From the NCBI GenBank assembly GCA_013265495.1, contig MU057615.1, positions 336,704 to 383,013 on the forward strand: a stretch of DNA of 46,310 nt, in the 5' to 3' direction. Under the pieces are notes generated by a model. It had not been told where the DNA came from, ran no database searches, and saw only the letters and a list, made by a program, of their open reading frames with translations. Position 1 is the first letter of the stretch; every line of letters begins with the position of its first letter. A program made the translations under genes and the position numbers. This document shows positions 25,393 to 37,684 of this stretch, in pieces. Origin of the DNA: Vicugna vicugna (lineage: Eukaryota).

Positions 25393-26234
25393 GTAGGAGT
25401 TAAAGAACTATAGTTCTCAAAAAAAAAAAAAAAAGACTTTTCCCCCAGATGCCTAAGGCATACCTGTCATGTAGAATTCCTTCCTGTGTATGTTTTAACT
25501 GATTATATTCCTAAGTGATATTTGAGGCAAAACAGCTGATTCAAAAGTCAGTTCTTCAAAATGTTTTAATTGGGATGGGGAAAGGGTGATTATAATTATC
25601 TTATACTTTTAAGTTGAGACTATGTTTGCATTGTGTCTATAAACGTAACGAGGATTACTCATCACTGACTGGATTTATACAAACCAATTTCACTAATGGT
25701 GAGAATCCTGCAACATCCCACACACGTATTGAACATCAGATATTATTGATGATCCACAAAGAAAAGCAGCTAGTGTGAAATGTCCTTTGAGTTTTAATTT
25801 CTAGCTTCTTCCTTTCCTTTAAAGTTTTTTGTTTCTTTTTTCAATATATTGAGCACAATAATTATCCACCAACTTGATTTTATTAAGTGAACATTATATG
25901 CATATTAAAACCCATGTAATTAGATTGAAACAAATGTTTCCCCTATTAATGTATTTAAATGCATTTTTGTTTATTGTTGGTATTTACCAAAATAGGAGTC
26001 TATGGTCCACTGTTTGCAATTAGTTTTTTTCTGAAAGTGTGTGGGGTGTTGATGGGTCTTAAGTCAGCTTTTCTACTGAGCTTATTATTTGTTAATGTGA
26101 ATAATTTGTTGGCTTTTAGAACTCCATAATGATTTGTTTCCTGTGGTTAGATTAGAACGTAAATTTTAATAATTAGTGGTAAATGTCTTTAAAGAACAGT
26201 CTGAGTTCTTGGTAGAGTTGTAAATGGAGAGCTA

Positions 26235-26849
26235 CGGTCATTCCATCGGCGTCCTTGGGGAACTGGGTCTGGGACTCCTGAAGATACTCAATTCTCAGAA
26301 GCTCAAACCTCTTATATAAAATGGCGTGGTATTTGCATTTAACCTATTCACAATCTCTCCTACACTTTAAATCATCTCTATATTATTTTAAATACCTAAT
26401 ACAATGTAAATGTTATATAAATTGTTGTTAATACAATGTGCACGCTGTGTAAATAGTTGTGAATATAATGCAAATGCTATAGAAATAGAGTTGACCCTTG
26501 AACAAAGGTGTAAACTGCACACATTCACTCACACTGGATTTTGTCCCATAGTAAATACTACAATACTGTGCAGTCCTGGTTGGTTGACTCCTCACGTGCA
26601 GAGCCTTGGATATGAAGGAACCCAAGAACCACACACACTGAGGGCAGCTATAGGTTCTATGTGGATTTTCAACTGTGTGGAGGGCTGGTTCCCTTAACCC
26701 CTGTTGTTCAAGTGTCAACCGTCCTGGCCCATGTGTGGCAAATTCAAGTTTGATTTTTGGAACTATCTGGAAAATTTTTTTCAAATATTATCGATTCACA
26801 GTTGGTTGAATCTGTGCATATGGAACTTGTGGGGATGGAAAACCTACTG
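26235..26849. mobile_element. MER2/MER2B (TcMar-Tigger MITE), split by a nested MER8-like element
   Basis: TA|cggtc...actg|TA ends. Hallmarks cttatataaaatggcgtggtatttgcat, tacactttaaatcatctcta, ggcaaattcaagttt and gttggttgaatc. Confidence 0.85.
26488..26721. mobile_element. MER8-like Tigger MITE nested in MER2
   Basis: Terminal inverted repeats gagttgacccttgaacaa and ttgttcaagtgtcaaccg, preceded by TA. Confidence 0.85.
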
Positions 26850-27463
26850 TATTTACACATTAAGAAAGGTCTTAAAAGTTATCTGATCAATAGAGAAAAG
26901 CAGAACTTAGCTATAGGTGTCATGGTGGTAAAGGTGAGAAATGACATCAGTGTTTAAATATTAAATATTGACAAGGTTAAAAGAATGGAATATGACAATT
27001 TATTTAAATAAACTGTGGAGGCAGCATAAAAGGAAATGTTTTGGGGGAGGTTTTACCCAAATATGAGTCACCTACATTAATAACATAATTATATGTTCTT
27101 AGAGTTTGAAATGAGCTAGCAGGCCTCTGGGGTGTAAGGCATCCCAAAGGAGGGTAACCAAATGGGGGTGTTGTTCTGGCATTTAAATGCCAAATATTGA
27201 TGCTGCGTTTCCTTTCCTGGTGTTCTAAGCAGATTGATATTAAACAAAAGGAAATGTGAAGGCCAGTTGAACACAACTGGTGTTTCACATTGACTGTAAA
27301 AGAATACTAGCTCAGGGAAGTGGCAAGTGGAGGGAGCTGCGGAGTTGTGGTAATAGTCTGAGTAGATTTTGTGCTGTTGTAGGTTAAAAAAAGAAGTATG
27401 AAAAGCATTCACAGTCAGCAGGGAGATTTTAGTCTCACTAGAAAAACGTGGTGGGGAGGGTGC

Positions 27464-27474
27464 CAAGATGGCCG
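27464..27474 (+). promoter_or_regulatory. YY1 motif at the L1 5' end (internal promoter element)
   Basis: CAAGATGGCCG about 12 nt into the element, the established position of the L1 YY1 site. Confidence 0.7.
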
Positions 27475-29001
27475 AGTGGAAGGATGCACAGCTCACCCGT
27501 TCCATGAATACATCAAGAATTACACCTACAGACTCATTAATTCACACAGAACACCTACTGAACTTGGTGGAATCTCTTACTTTGAAATACAAGAAGATTC
27601 CTCACAAAAACTGGTAGGAGGGGGGGAAAAGGAAAAGGAAATTGATGTGGGACCTGTCCCTCAGGGAGGGAACAGCAAAGGAGGAAGAGCTCCCTCACAC
27701 TAGGATGTCCCCTCTCCAGCTGGGAGGTCAGTGGGGACAGAAATGGAGCTTCCAAGGCTTGGAGGAGAAAACAGCAGCTGCTTGGCAGACAGAATTAAGA
27801 GGGACTGGCAGAGAGGGTCCCTGTGATCCGTAGCCCTAGACACAAGCCAGTGGGGATGAGCCAAGTCTGGCTGCTGGAGATTGGTGACAAGCCTGGGGAG
27901 AGGGCTGGGGCCCACTGTGCAGAGGCAGCCTCAGGGGGCTGGACGGTAGTGCGGGTTGTGACTGGGAATGTGTGCAGAACAGAACAGCTTGGGACCCCCG
28001 TAAAAAAGCACCACTGCTGGTGTGTGTGGCAGGGACGGGTGCAAAACAGCTGGGCCATATCTACCGTCTCTGCTCAGCACCATTCTTGGTGCGTTCGCAT
28101 GAAAAGGGAAGGCATGGCTCAGTCATAGCCCTCACAATCTCTGGAGCATGGCTCCCGGGTAGGGCAGGGCTGAAGCCTGAATCCACACTCAGGGGCCTTG
28201 CAACTCAGGCAGGACTGAGATTTGTTTACAGCCCCAGGCGGAAGGGACAGATTTGCTAAGCTGGAGCCTTGGTGGACCCATGTGCCTAAGACTCTGAGTG
28301 AAGTTCTGATGCACAGTAGGGGTGGGTATGGTTTTTATAATGAATCTGCATAGTGTACTGTACATAGGGGCTCATCACAGATCCAAGTGTATAAATGCAC
28401 ACTTGCTATAGTGGATCCTAGTGCCTGTTGTCAGCGGATCTGCATTGGTGGCTCTGTGGATGCAGAACCTGGGGGATACCAGAGTGTGTTGCTGATATGC
28501 CTGTGGTTAAGGCAGGGACATCAAAAAACAGTACTTTGTAAGCCCACATGGACAACACCACAGAGGGCACTTCCTGGTGGACATCTCCTGTGGAGGTGTA
28601 CTCAGTGGCTGTTCTTCCCAACTGAAATGCCCCAACCCCATGTACCGCAAACCACAGCTCAGAAATAGGTCTGGAAGTCTCTATGCCAACAACAGGGGGG
28701 CAGACTCAGCCCCTTTCAGGGCTGTGATAACCGCAGAACAACAGAGGAGGCGCTGCCCAACAACAACAACAGTCAGGGCAGGCTCTGCTCACCACACCCC
28801 CAGTCACACCCCCAACCAAAGGGATGACAGCCAACACACATGGAAGAAAGATGTGGCAACCATCCATATTAAAAATGGAACTAATGGATGTGCACCGTCT
28901 ACATAGAAACACTCACACTTAAAAAAAATCAAACAGCCTTTTAAAACCACAGGAGATACCTGATACTCCTAAATCAACAAAGCCAGAAAAATATAAGTAA
29001 A

Positions 29002-29877
29002 ATGAAGAAGCAGAGGAGCCATTCCCAACTAAAAGAACAAGAGAATTTACCTGAAAGAGCAAACAATGAGATAGACCTTGACAGTCTACTAGAACATGAC
29101 TTTGAAAAAGAGGTGACAAAATCACTCAAGGAGATAAGAGAGACTATAAATAGAAATGCAGAATGCTATAGAAAGGAAATAGAAACTATAAGAGGGGCCA
29201 ATTAAAATCAGAAAACTCAATGACTGAGATAAGGGTAGAGCTAAAGGCAATCAAAAGCAGACTAAATAATGCAGAGGAACGAATCAGTGACTTAGGAGAC
29301 AGGAAAACAGAAGTCACCCAATCAGAACAGCAGACTGAACAGCAAGTAAAAACCAATGAATGTAATATAACGGACCTATGGGATAATATAAAGCATGCCA
29401 ACCTGTGCATAATAGGAGTCCCAAGAAGAAGAAAGAGCAAAGGGAATTGAAAAGGTACTTGAAGAAATCACACCTGAAAACTTTCCAAACCTAAAGAAGG
29501 AATCAGATATCCAAGTATAGGAATCACAGAGGGTCCCAGTCAAGAAAAATCCAAATAGACCTACATCAAGACATACATTAAGATGGCCCAAAGTTAAAGA
29601 TAAAGAAATGTTTCTAAAGGCAGCAAGAGAAAAACAAAAGGATAGTTACAAGGGAACCCCCATAAGGCTTTCAGCTGGCTTCTCTGTACAAACACTGCTG
29701 GCCAGAGGGACTGGCAAGATATATTCAAAGTCCTGAATGAGGAAAAGCTGCAACCTACGGTACTCTATCCAGCAAAACTATCCTTTAGAGTAGAAGAAGA
29801 GAGAAAGAATTTCATAGACAAGCAATTCAGTAATACTAAACCTATGCTAAAAGAAATATTGAAAAGTCTACTCTAAA
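29002..29877 (+). pseudogene. Disabled L1 ORF1p
   Basis: Fragments MKKQRSHSQLKEQENLPERANNEID... and ELKAIKSRLNNAEERISDLGDR...DLWDNIKHANLCIIGVP; frameshifts and stops present. Confidence 0.9.
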
Positions 29878-31294
29878 TAGAAAAAAAGTAGGAAGCTATT
29901 GAAAGGAGAAAAACATTATTGGAAATGCAATAACAACAATGAGTTGCAAGAGAATAAATATCAAGATGTAAAAAAAGGACATCAAAATCATAAAAGGTGG
30001 GAGAGGAGAGCAAGAAAAAATTTTTTTTCTTTTTTATCATTTTGTTCTTTTTAGGATGTGTTTGAGCCTATATGACTACCAATCTAAAGCAAACAGATAC
30101 AGTTATGGGATAACATACTTGAAAAACAGTGTAACCACAGGTCAAAAGCATGTAATAGAGTCACAATAACCAAAAAGAAACCAAGCTAATATAAAGGAAA
30201 ATTAAGAAAATACAAAAAGGAAAACAAGAGGCAAAAGAAGAAATACTAAATCAACTGGAAAACAAAGTTCGAAATGGCAGTAAACACACATCTATTAATA
30301 ATTACTGTAAATGTCAATAGAATAAATATTCTAATCAAAAGACATAGAGTGGCAGATTAGATAATAAAACAGTATTGGCACAAAGATAAACATATGGATC
30401 AATGGAACAGAACAGGGATCACAGAAATAAACCCACAGACCTATGGCGAATTAAGATTTGACAAAGGAGGCAAGAATATACAATGGTGTAAATACAGTCT
30501 CTTCAGCAAGTGGTGTTGGGCAAACTGGCAGCAGCATGTAAATCAATAAAGTTAGAAAACTCCCTCACATGTTACACAAAAATAAACTCAAAATGGCATA
30601 AAGAGTTAAATATAAGATAAGATATGATAAAACTCCTAGAAGAAAACATAGGCAAAACATTCTCTGACATAAATGTTAGAAGTGTTCTCCTAGGGCAGTC
30701 TACTGATGCAATAGAAATAAAAGCAAAAATTAACAAATGGGCCCTAATTAAACTTACAAGCTTTTGCACAGCAAAGGAAACCATAAACAAAACAGAAAAA
30801 CCACCTATGGAATGGGAGGAAATATTTGCAAATGATGTGACTGACAAGGGCTTAACTTCCAGAATATATAAACAGCTCATAACAACTAATAACAAAAACC
30901 CAAACAACCTAATCCAATAATGGGGCAGAAGACCCAAACAAGCAATTCTCCTGTGAAGACAGAAATGGCCAATAAGCACAAGAATAAATGCTCGTTGTCA
31001 CTGGTTACCAGACCACAATGAGGTATCACCTTACATCAGTCAATGGCCATCATTAAAATGTCCAGGAATGACAAATGCTGGAGAGGTTGTGGAGAAAAGG
31101 GAACCGCCCTGGCACGTAGAAAAAGTAGAAGGCAGATCTGAAGGGATAGCAGAAGGTGCCCAGTGCAGTGTTCTCATCCTGCTGCCTCCACCAGCTACAG
31201 TTCTGTGTGTCCTTTGCAGCAAGTCCTACAGAATTGTCTAGTCTCATGGACCCCATTTTTGTGTTGGAACTTCATCTTATCCGCATTCTGCTCA

Positions 31295-32200
31295 TCTGGG
31301 AGTGCCTCAGGGCTCTGTTTTCTTCCTATACTCACTTCCCCTTGAGTCCCATCCAGGCCTCTATGTTATTAACTCCCAAATGGACATATCCATCCCCAGA
31401 CCAAACATCTCAGAAATCCCAGCCTCGTGGACCCACATACTTGCTTGGCGTTTCCTCCGGGAAGTCTTAGAGGCCTCTCCCATTTAACACGTCCCACACT
31501 GAAGCCCACCGGGATTCCATCTCCAGTCTTCCCCTGCTGTCCTTTCATTTGCATCAGCCATAACTCCCGGGGTCATCATTAACTCTTCTTTTTCCCTATG
31601 TCTCACAGCCAATGTATTGTAAACGCTGTTGACTGTATTTTCTCAACATGGTTTCCTGCCAGTTTCGCTGCTGGCATCCTCATCTGAATCACTATCAGCT
31701 CTTCCCTCAATGACAGCATTAGCCTCCTGATTTGTCCCTTTGATCCTAATTTTGATCACCATCAAAAAGTGGTTCTTCCTTATTTAAGTCAACCTTCTTC
31801 TGCTCAGAACCTTCCATTACTTCTCCTTTTTGCTTAGAGCAAGTGCCAGTCTTTACAACGGCCTGTAAAGTTCTACACAGTCTCGCCCTGAGGGCTCCCC
31901 ACATGGCACCCACCGCCTTTTCTCTGATTCTGCTCTAAACTTACCAGTCATGTTCTCATTGCACAGTTTTTGCCTGACAAACTCTATTATGTTTTTAGAA
32001 TCTAGTCTCAGAAATTATGTTCTCATCGAACCCTATTCTGACAACCTTGCGTCTCAGCGCTCGCAAGATGATCTAACCTACGTTTAATTTTATGTATTCA
32101 TTGTGCTTGTTTTTGGTCATCTTCCATGAAGGGTTAATTGTCTGTGTCACTAACTGATTATATGACTCTGCTTGGCTCCTAGTGATGCTCTCCTAAATGA
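31295..32200 (+). mobile_element. L2 (LINE-2) 3' portion, highly diverged
   Basis: gtgcctcagggctctgt, actcccaaat...ccagacc, atttaacacgtcccacactgaa, gtcatcattaactcttct, ctgctcagaaccttcca, tctttacaacggcctgtaaag. Confidence 0.75.
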
Positions 32201-35200
32201 ACTGGAGAATAAAATATTTGAGTCAAGGAGCTCAGTTAGGAGAAGTGTGTAAGCATAGGCAAGAAATCACAAGAGTTGAGCCAGAAAGAGGCAATGGGAA
32301 GGGGAAAGAAGTAATGCATGTAAGAGACTTTCCGTCGGTCCAACGGGCAAGTCTAGTGAGTGACGCGGTGCACGGGGTAAGACAGATTCCAGAAGCAAAG
32401 GGGGAAGGGAGTGAGGCATTTTGGAGCACTGCGTGAGCATGCGGGTGAAACAGGATTGGCACACGGTGGAGGGAGTCCTGAGACTGGGTCTAGATATTGT
32501 GGAGGAAGCTTCTCACGTAGGCAGCACGGTGGCAGCTAGGACTCCAAGTCTGGGAGGCTTACCTGCCATCTCCGACACGGGGGCTGAACGAAGTTGACAC
32601 CCATGCTTCTGCGGTGGCATCATGCTGGCAGGGTACCTAAAGCCAGGTGCACCCAGAGAGGGAGGCCCACAGACAGACCTAGTAGATACCAGATAAAGCA
32701 GGTGTTGGAACAATGCCTGCCTGAAACTGGGTCCCTCTTCTCACTGTGCCAGGCCTGTGAAGTCCTTTGCCCCAGGGGGTATGGCTATTGGACTGCGCCC
32801 GCACAGAGAGATTTCTGGGATCCTATGCTGTGCAAGATCTGTCCTGGCAGCTCGGCGTAGAGCTGTTAGTAAAACGCTTTACCCCAGATCTGCAAAGCTC
32901 TTTGGTGATTAAGCCATTTCAAATGCAGCACCATGAGCTGGATGCCCTTCACTGTAATAATGCCAGCTAATGTTGGCTAACGTGTCGGTCGTTTTTAAAA
33001 TGTTTTATGTAAGCTAATTCATCTAAACTTCACAGTGCCCTCTATCACTGTTAGGACACCCAAAACTCATCAAGGTTAAGTAATGTGTCCACATCCAGTT
33101 ATTGGTGCCACAGGAATGCCTCAAAGCCCACTCACCTCACACTATGTCATAGACCTCAAACCAGGCTACGGACACAGAATGATTATGCTGCTAAGGGGTG
33201 TTAATATGGACAAAGTAAGTTTTATTAAAACATCATGATGGAGTTACTCTAAAATGTTTAGAAAGTGGTGGAAATACTCACAATGAGTTGATCTTTTCTT
33301 GAATGTTTTCTATACAAACTTTGCTATGCCCTCAAAATAGATTCAATTATCTATTAATCCACTTAGTTGCAAAAAAGTTCCTGGAAAAGCTACACTGTGT
33401 TGGGTAGTTCTTAATCTTAGAGAGCCTCCAGGCTAGAACACAGAAGTCAAGGGGTGAGAATTTAGCGAGAGATGTGTCAGGATAAATGTGTCCCAACCAC
33501 TTCTGCAAAAGCACAGAAGGGAGTGAAAGGCTCAGTGCTGGCTCAGTTCTTCTTCGGGGGAAAAAACTCACATGGTTAGGGGCCCTCAGCATCTCTCCAT
33601 AGCTCCTTGCAGATCGCCAGTGTCCTACAAAGTACCAGCATCAGCATTAGCAGAGCTGTCTCCTAATCACGGCAGTCTATCAGGAAACACTGTGTGCTGC
33701 ATACGCCTGAAGGTGTCCAATCTGCCTAAACACAACAAAGAACGCTGTTAAATAAATAAATCTGTGTTTAATACAGCACTTCTCAAATTCACTGCACCAG
33801 GAAATAATTACCTCATGGAGTACCCAGAAATGGCATTACTGGTCTGTAAAACGTCAACTCTAGGCATTCAGTTTTTGTAAAATAGTATTGTTTTCTGGAT
33901 TTAGAAGACATGTTTTGTATTTAAATATCATAGCTGAGGACAAAATGCAAACAAAAATAGCCCCACAAAATCAGCATACTAGTCAATAATTAAGCCTGTA
34001 TTTGGACAAAAATAGAATATTTATGTATGATTCTCATACATACTCTGATAGAGGAAAGGAAGAATTGCATTCCACCACAGAGAAGTTTTCAGATTTACTT
34101 CTCATAATACATTTTAATTATGGAAAATAATTTCTTTTCAAGTGAGTTGATTTATTTTTACCAATGTAAAAGCACATAAGAAAATTAAAATGGATCTCAG
34201 TGCAATTGTTAAAAGTTTAACAACCGCAGCCAGTCTCCTGTATAATTACATTTGTAGGGAAACCATCTTTTTGGTTGATTAAAAAAAGTCCCAATTCATA
34301 TATTCACAAATTAACAGTCTTTGCATTCACTGTTAGTCATTAATAACCATTAATCACAATATTGACAAAATTCTCGGAAGCTGGTAGTTGTTGATTATTG
34401 GCAGATTCCAGATTATATTAGCCAGGGAATAGATTCATTATCAGAATGTGTTTCTACAAAATAAATAATGTAAAAAGTCAGCTTCCTTAGGTATTTCTTT
34501 ATTTGGCAATCACATTCTTATGTTGTAATGTCTCCCAGTATGAAAACAAAAACAAAATCCTTGTTCTTACCGGAGTTCATCCACTTATTAAAAGTATTTG
34601 GCTTTTATATTCTTATAATCAGCACACGTCTAGTGGGTTTCATGTTCTTCAGTGTGTTTCCTCACACCATTCTTAGCGTCACCTGATCCTTGCAAAATCT
34701 TCAGAGTAGTCTTACAAATACCTTTGCGGTCTTGGGAGATCTGACCTGATACCCCACTTCATTCTTAGGAAGTTCCCAAGCAGCATATTCCCCTTTGTGT
34801 AGAAACTCGAGGTTCATGGGACTCACGTCCAGACCTTATGGATGTGAAAAAGAGGTACCCTGAGCCCCTTAAAATCCTAAAGCAACATCATGACAAATGT
34901 CCAGCTTTGCCTTGTTGATGAACTTCTTCGTAATTATTTTTAAGTAAATAAAACATTTTTGTAATAGTCATTCATCTAGTCATTTATCCAAAGCCCAATT
35001 TGCGGAGAGAAAACTCAAACTTGGATGACAGTTAAGGCTTGCAGGAAGGTACAGCAGGGATGGATGAGATTATTCCTCACATATAATTGTGCAGAAATGC
35101 TGTGGACTCAAGACTGAGATGGGAGAGTGGAGCTGGAGCCTACAAAGATGAAAATCGTGGCATGCCCGCACACCAGCAGTGTGGTGTTCCTTGCCACATC

Positions 35201-35902
35201 CAGCACGACTTCAGGGGTCAACAGTTAAGACTATTTATTGAATATTCATAAAGCACGCTGTGTGCTAAGCCAGGCTGGCATTTCACAACATAAAGGGTCA
35301 CCCACGGTGTTCCGATGGCATTTTGGAGGATCCCTGTTAGATAAATTTCTTCTTATAGACAAATGTTATTCCTTGTTTTCAGTCATCTAACTCAAAATGA
35401 TGATGGCAATGATACGTATTTACACAGTCCCTTTCTTCCAAGGAAATTGAAGCAATGGGAGTGTTATCTTTCTAACTGGTTCTCACAAATCATTGTGATG
35501 TTTGAAGAAGATAGATATTATTATTCCATGTCTTCTAAACATATATAAATAATTCTGTGATGGAACTTGTGTGTGAAATGGGGAAGCTTTGAAAAACCTC
35601 AGAATCATGAGGACAGGTGTCTAGTCTCCAGCTATGCTGCCGGCACCAGGCACTTTAAGGTGGACTGTGTTCATTATTTCCTCACATGACCATCATGGAC
35701 CTGTGTCAGCACTGCTGCCACTGTAAACCTGACCCCTCTGGGCGGGACCCTGGGCTGCCATTTTCATTTGACTGGTCCTACTTTTCTGCTGGGATAACAA
35801 GGATGTGAAAAAAAACACTGTTTATATAACTGAGACTTTTATATAATATAATGAAAATGTCTATTTCAAATTCATAAAGACCAGTGAAGAGCATGGGTGG
35901 GC

Positions 35903-36321
35903 TGTGTCAGGTTCCGGGGGCTGCCATCACAGCGCCACGAACTGGCTGGCAAAACAGCAGAAAGTTATTCTCACAGCTTTAAGGGCTGGATGGTTCAAAC
36001 TCAAGATGCCACCACAGTTGGTTCTTTCTGAGGGCCCTCAGGGAAAGATCTGCCCCAGGCCTCTCTCCTTTGCTTACCGGTGGCATTGCCTCTGTTTCTG
36101 CCTGTCTGTGTGTCCAAATTTCCCCTTTTGTACAAGAACACCCATCATACTGGAGTACAGCTTCCCCTACTCCAGTTTGAATTCTTCTTAACTACTTACA
36201 TCTGCAATGACTGTATTTCCAAATAAGGTCATATTTAGGGGTACTGAGTGTCAGGACTTCAATATCTTCAAAAATAAAATAAAAGTTAAAAACAAAAACA
36301 GAAAATGACTACAGCCTTACA
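35903..36321 (-). mobile_element. MLT1 (ERVL-MaLR) solo LTR
   Basis: gggctgccatcaca...cagaaagttattctcacag...ttacatctgcaatgactgtatttccaaataaggtca...ggacttcaa. The right boundary is approximate. Confidence 0.88.
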
Positions 36322-37014
36322 GTTTTCAAGCGGAGGTTGGATTCCCTGGGAGGCTGCCTGGCGCGTGGCCCTCCCAGGCGGTTTCCCACGCCTGCTCAAT
36401 GTGGTGCAATGGGACGGGACACTCCTCCAAGAGCTCCAGCACCTCACGAGGCAGCCCCCTGGCTTTACCCCGAGTACCTGAACAGCCCCAAGGCAGTCAC
36501 ATCAGGGCTGGTGGGTGGAGGCGACCTTCCTCCACACCTGCATAAAGCACACCCCGCACGCGTAGAGTGTGCACTGCAGGCCCTGCTTGATGTTAATCAG
36601 TGGGACCTGGAAGGTGGGGATGAAATCTTGATATTTGGCCAATCTTATTACCAAAAAGATGCATTACCAAGATGATTATGAACTTGGCTATCACTGCCAA
36701 CTCCAGTCTCAAAGTACAGGGCCTGGAAGAAAAAAAGCTCCGAGAAGGTGCCAGCCCCGGGTGGCCTGGTCTAGCGATCCCCCAAGACAGTCTGGCAAGC
36801 AGCAACCACAAGTCCCTGGATACACTTCAACCCATAACAGTAACCTCGAAAATATCGCAACTGTGACAGTGAGTGTTTCCACTGCATTTGGAACTGGGGC
36901 TTTCTCTTTGTCCTGAACACATTCTTCATTCCTGGATTCCCTAATTGTCTTCAGGATCACTGTCCCCTCCCAAGTGGACTGCTTGCATTTACCGTGAAAA
37001 AAAAAAAGAGGGCT

Positions 37015-37201
37015 CAGTGCTTATGAGCATGTGCATGGCCTGCTGACCGGCAGCCGTGGTGTCAGGGAGCTAGTAAGAAATTGAGATTCCTGGGCCTCAT
37101 CTCAAACCTTTGGGTCAGAATCTCTCAGGGAGGAGCCCAGGATTCTGCATTTCACATCCCCTCCTGGTGATGCTGATGATACTGAACTTTGGCATGCACT
37201 G
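37015..37201. mobile_element. MER5A (hAT-Charlie MITE)
   Basis: cagtg...cactg ends; core gattcctgggcctcatc...tcagaatctct...gcccaggattctgcattt...ggtgatgctgatg. Confidence 0.8.
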
Positions 37202-37418
37202 GGTGGACCATTCCTGTGGGATTACCGCCAGTGGAGAATAATCTTCCATTATGACTTCTGACTGACTCAAAGTGTTCTGTATTTTTTAGGTTACCGATGC
37301 TCTTAAATAGTCCTTACGCAGTCTTCATGACTTCCTCAACTTTCCCCTCAAAGATGGCTGCAGCAATTTCCTTTTTTATTAGCCAGAAGAAACTTTGCAT
37401 ATTGAAAACTGGAAACAT

Positions 37419-37470
37419 TCTATCTATCTGTCCATCTAATCTATCTGTCTATCTACCTACCTACCTACCT
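37419..37470. repeat. Degenerate (TCTA)n/(CCTA)n tetranucleotide repeat
   Basis: tctatctatctgtccatctaatctatctgtctatctacctacctacctacct. Confidence 0.8.
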
Positions 37471-37684
37471 ATGTATCCAATCCACAAACTGGAACAATAA
37501 ATAACTCTACTAGATTGTTACTCTGATCATTTAAAATGTGTATATGAATACTTCCACTGAGAAAAAACTGCAGGGAATTCAAGAAAAATATATTTTGGAA
37601 TTATGCAAAATATGTCATTGGCAAGACATATCGTTTGGGTTTTTGATAAATTTTATTAATTTAAAAGAAGTCAAATATTTATAA

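Larger units (their letters stand above)
27453..31116 (+). mobile_element. LINE-1 with complete 5' UTR, disabled ORF1, spacer and ORF2 with a large internal deletion; no 3' UTR or poly(A)
   Basis: Starts ggggagggtgccaagatggccgag, followed by a GC-rich 5' UTR. ORF1 begins at 29002 and the ORF2 ATG is at 30273. There is a jump at ~30371 to late ORF2 (KLLEENIGKT...[15 protein letters not shown]). Homology stops at ~31110. Confidence 0.95.

Noticed and set aside
25194..25403. 69-aa ORF as a standalone gene
   Set aside because: It is the GABRG3 internal exon plus in-frame intronic flanks; splice sites define the real coding part.
36330..36580. GC-rich patch as a CpG island or promoter
   Set aside because: Short, only modestly CpG-rich, and no other promoter evidence.
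36635..36916. ORF containing QDDYELGYHC, loosely like the gamma-subunit loop motif EEYGYEC
   Set aside because: The similarity covers only a few residues, the position is wrong in exon order, and there is no convincing splice context.
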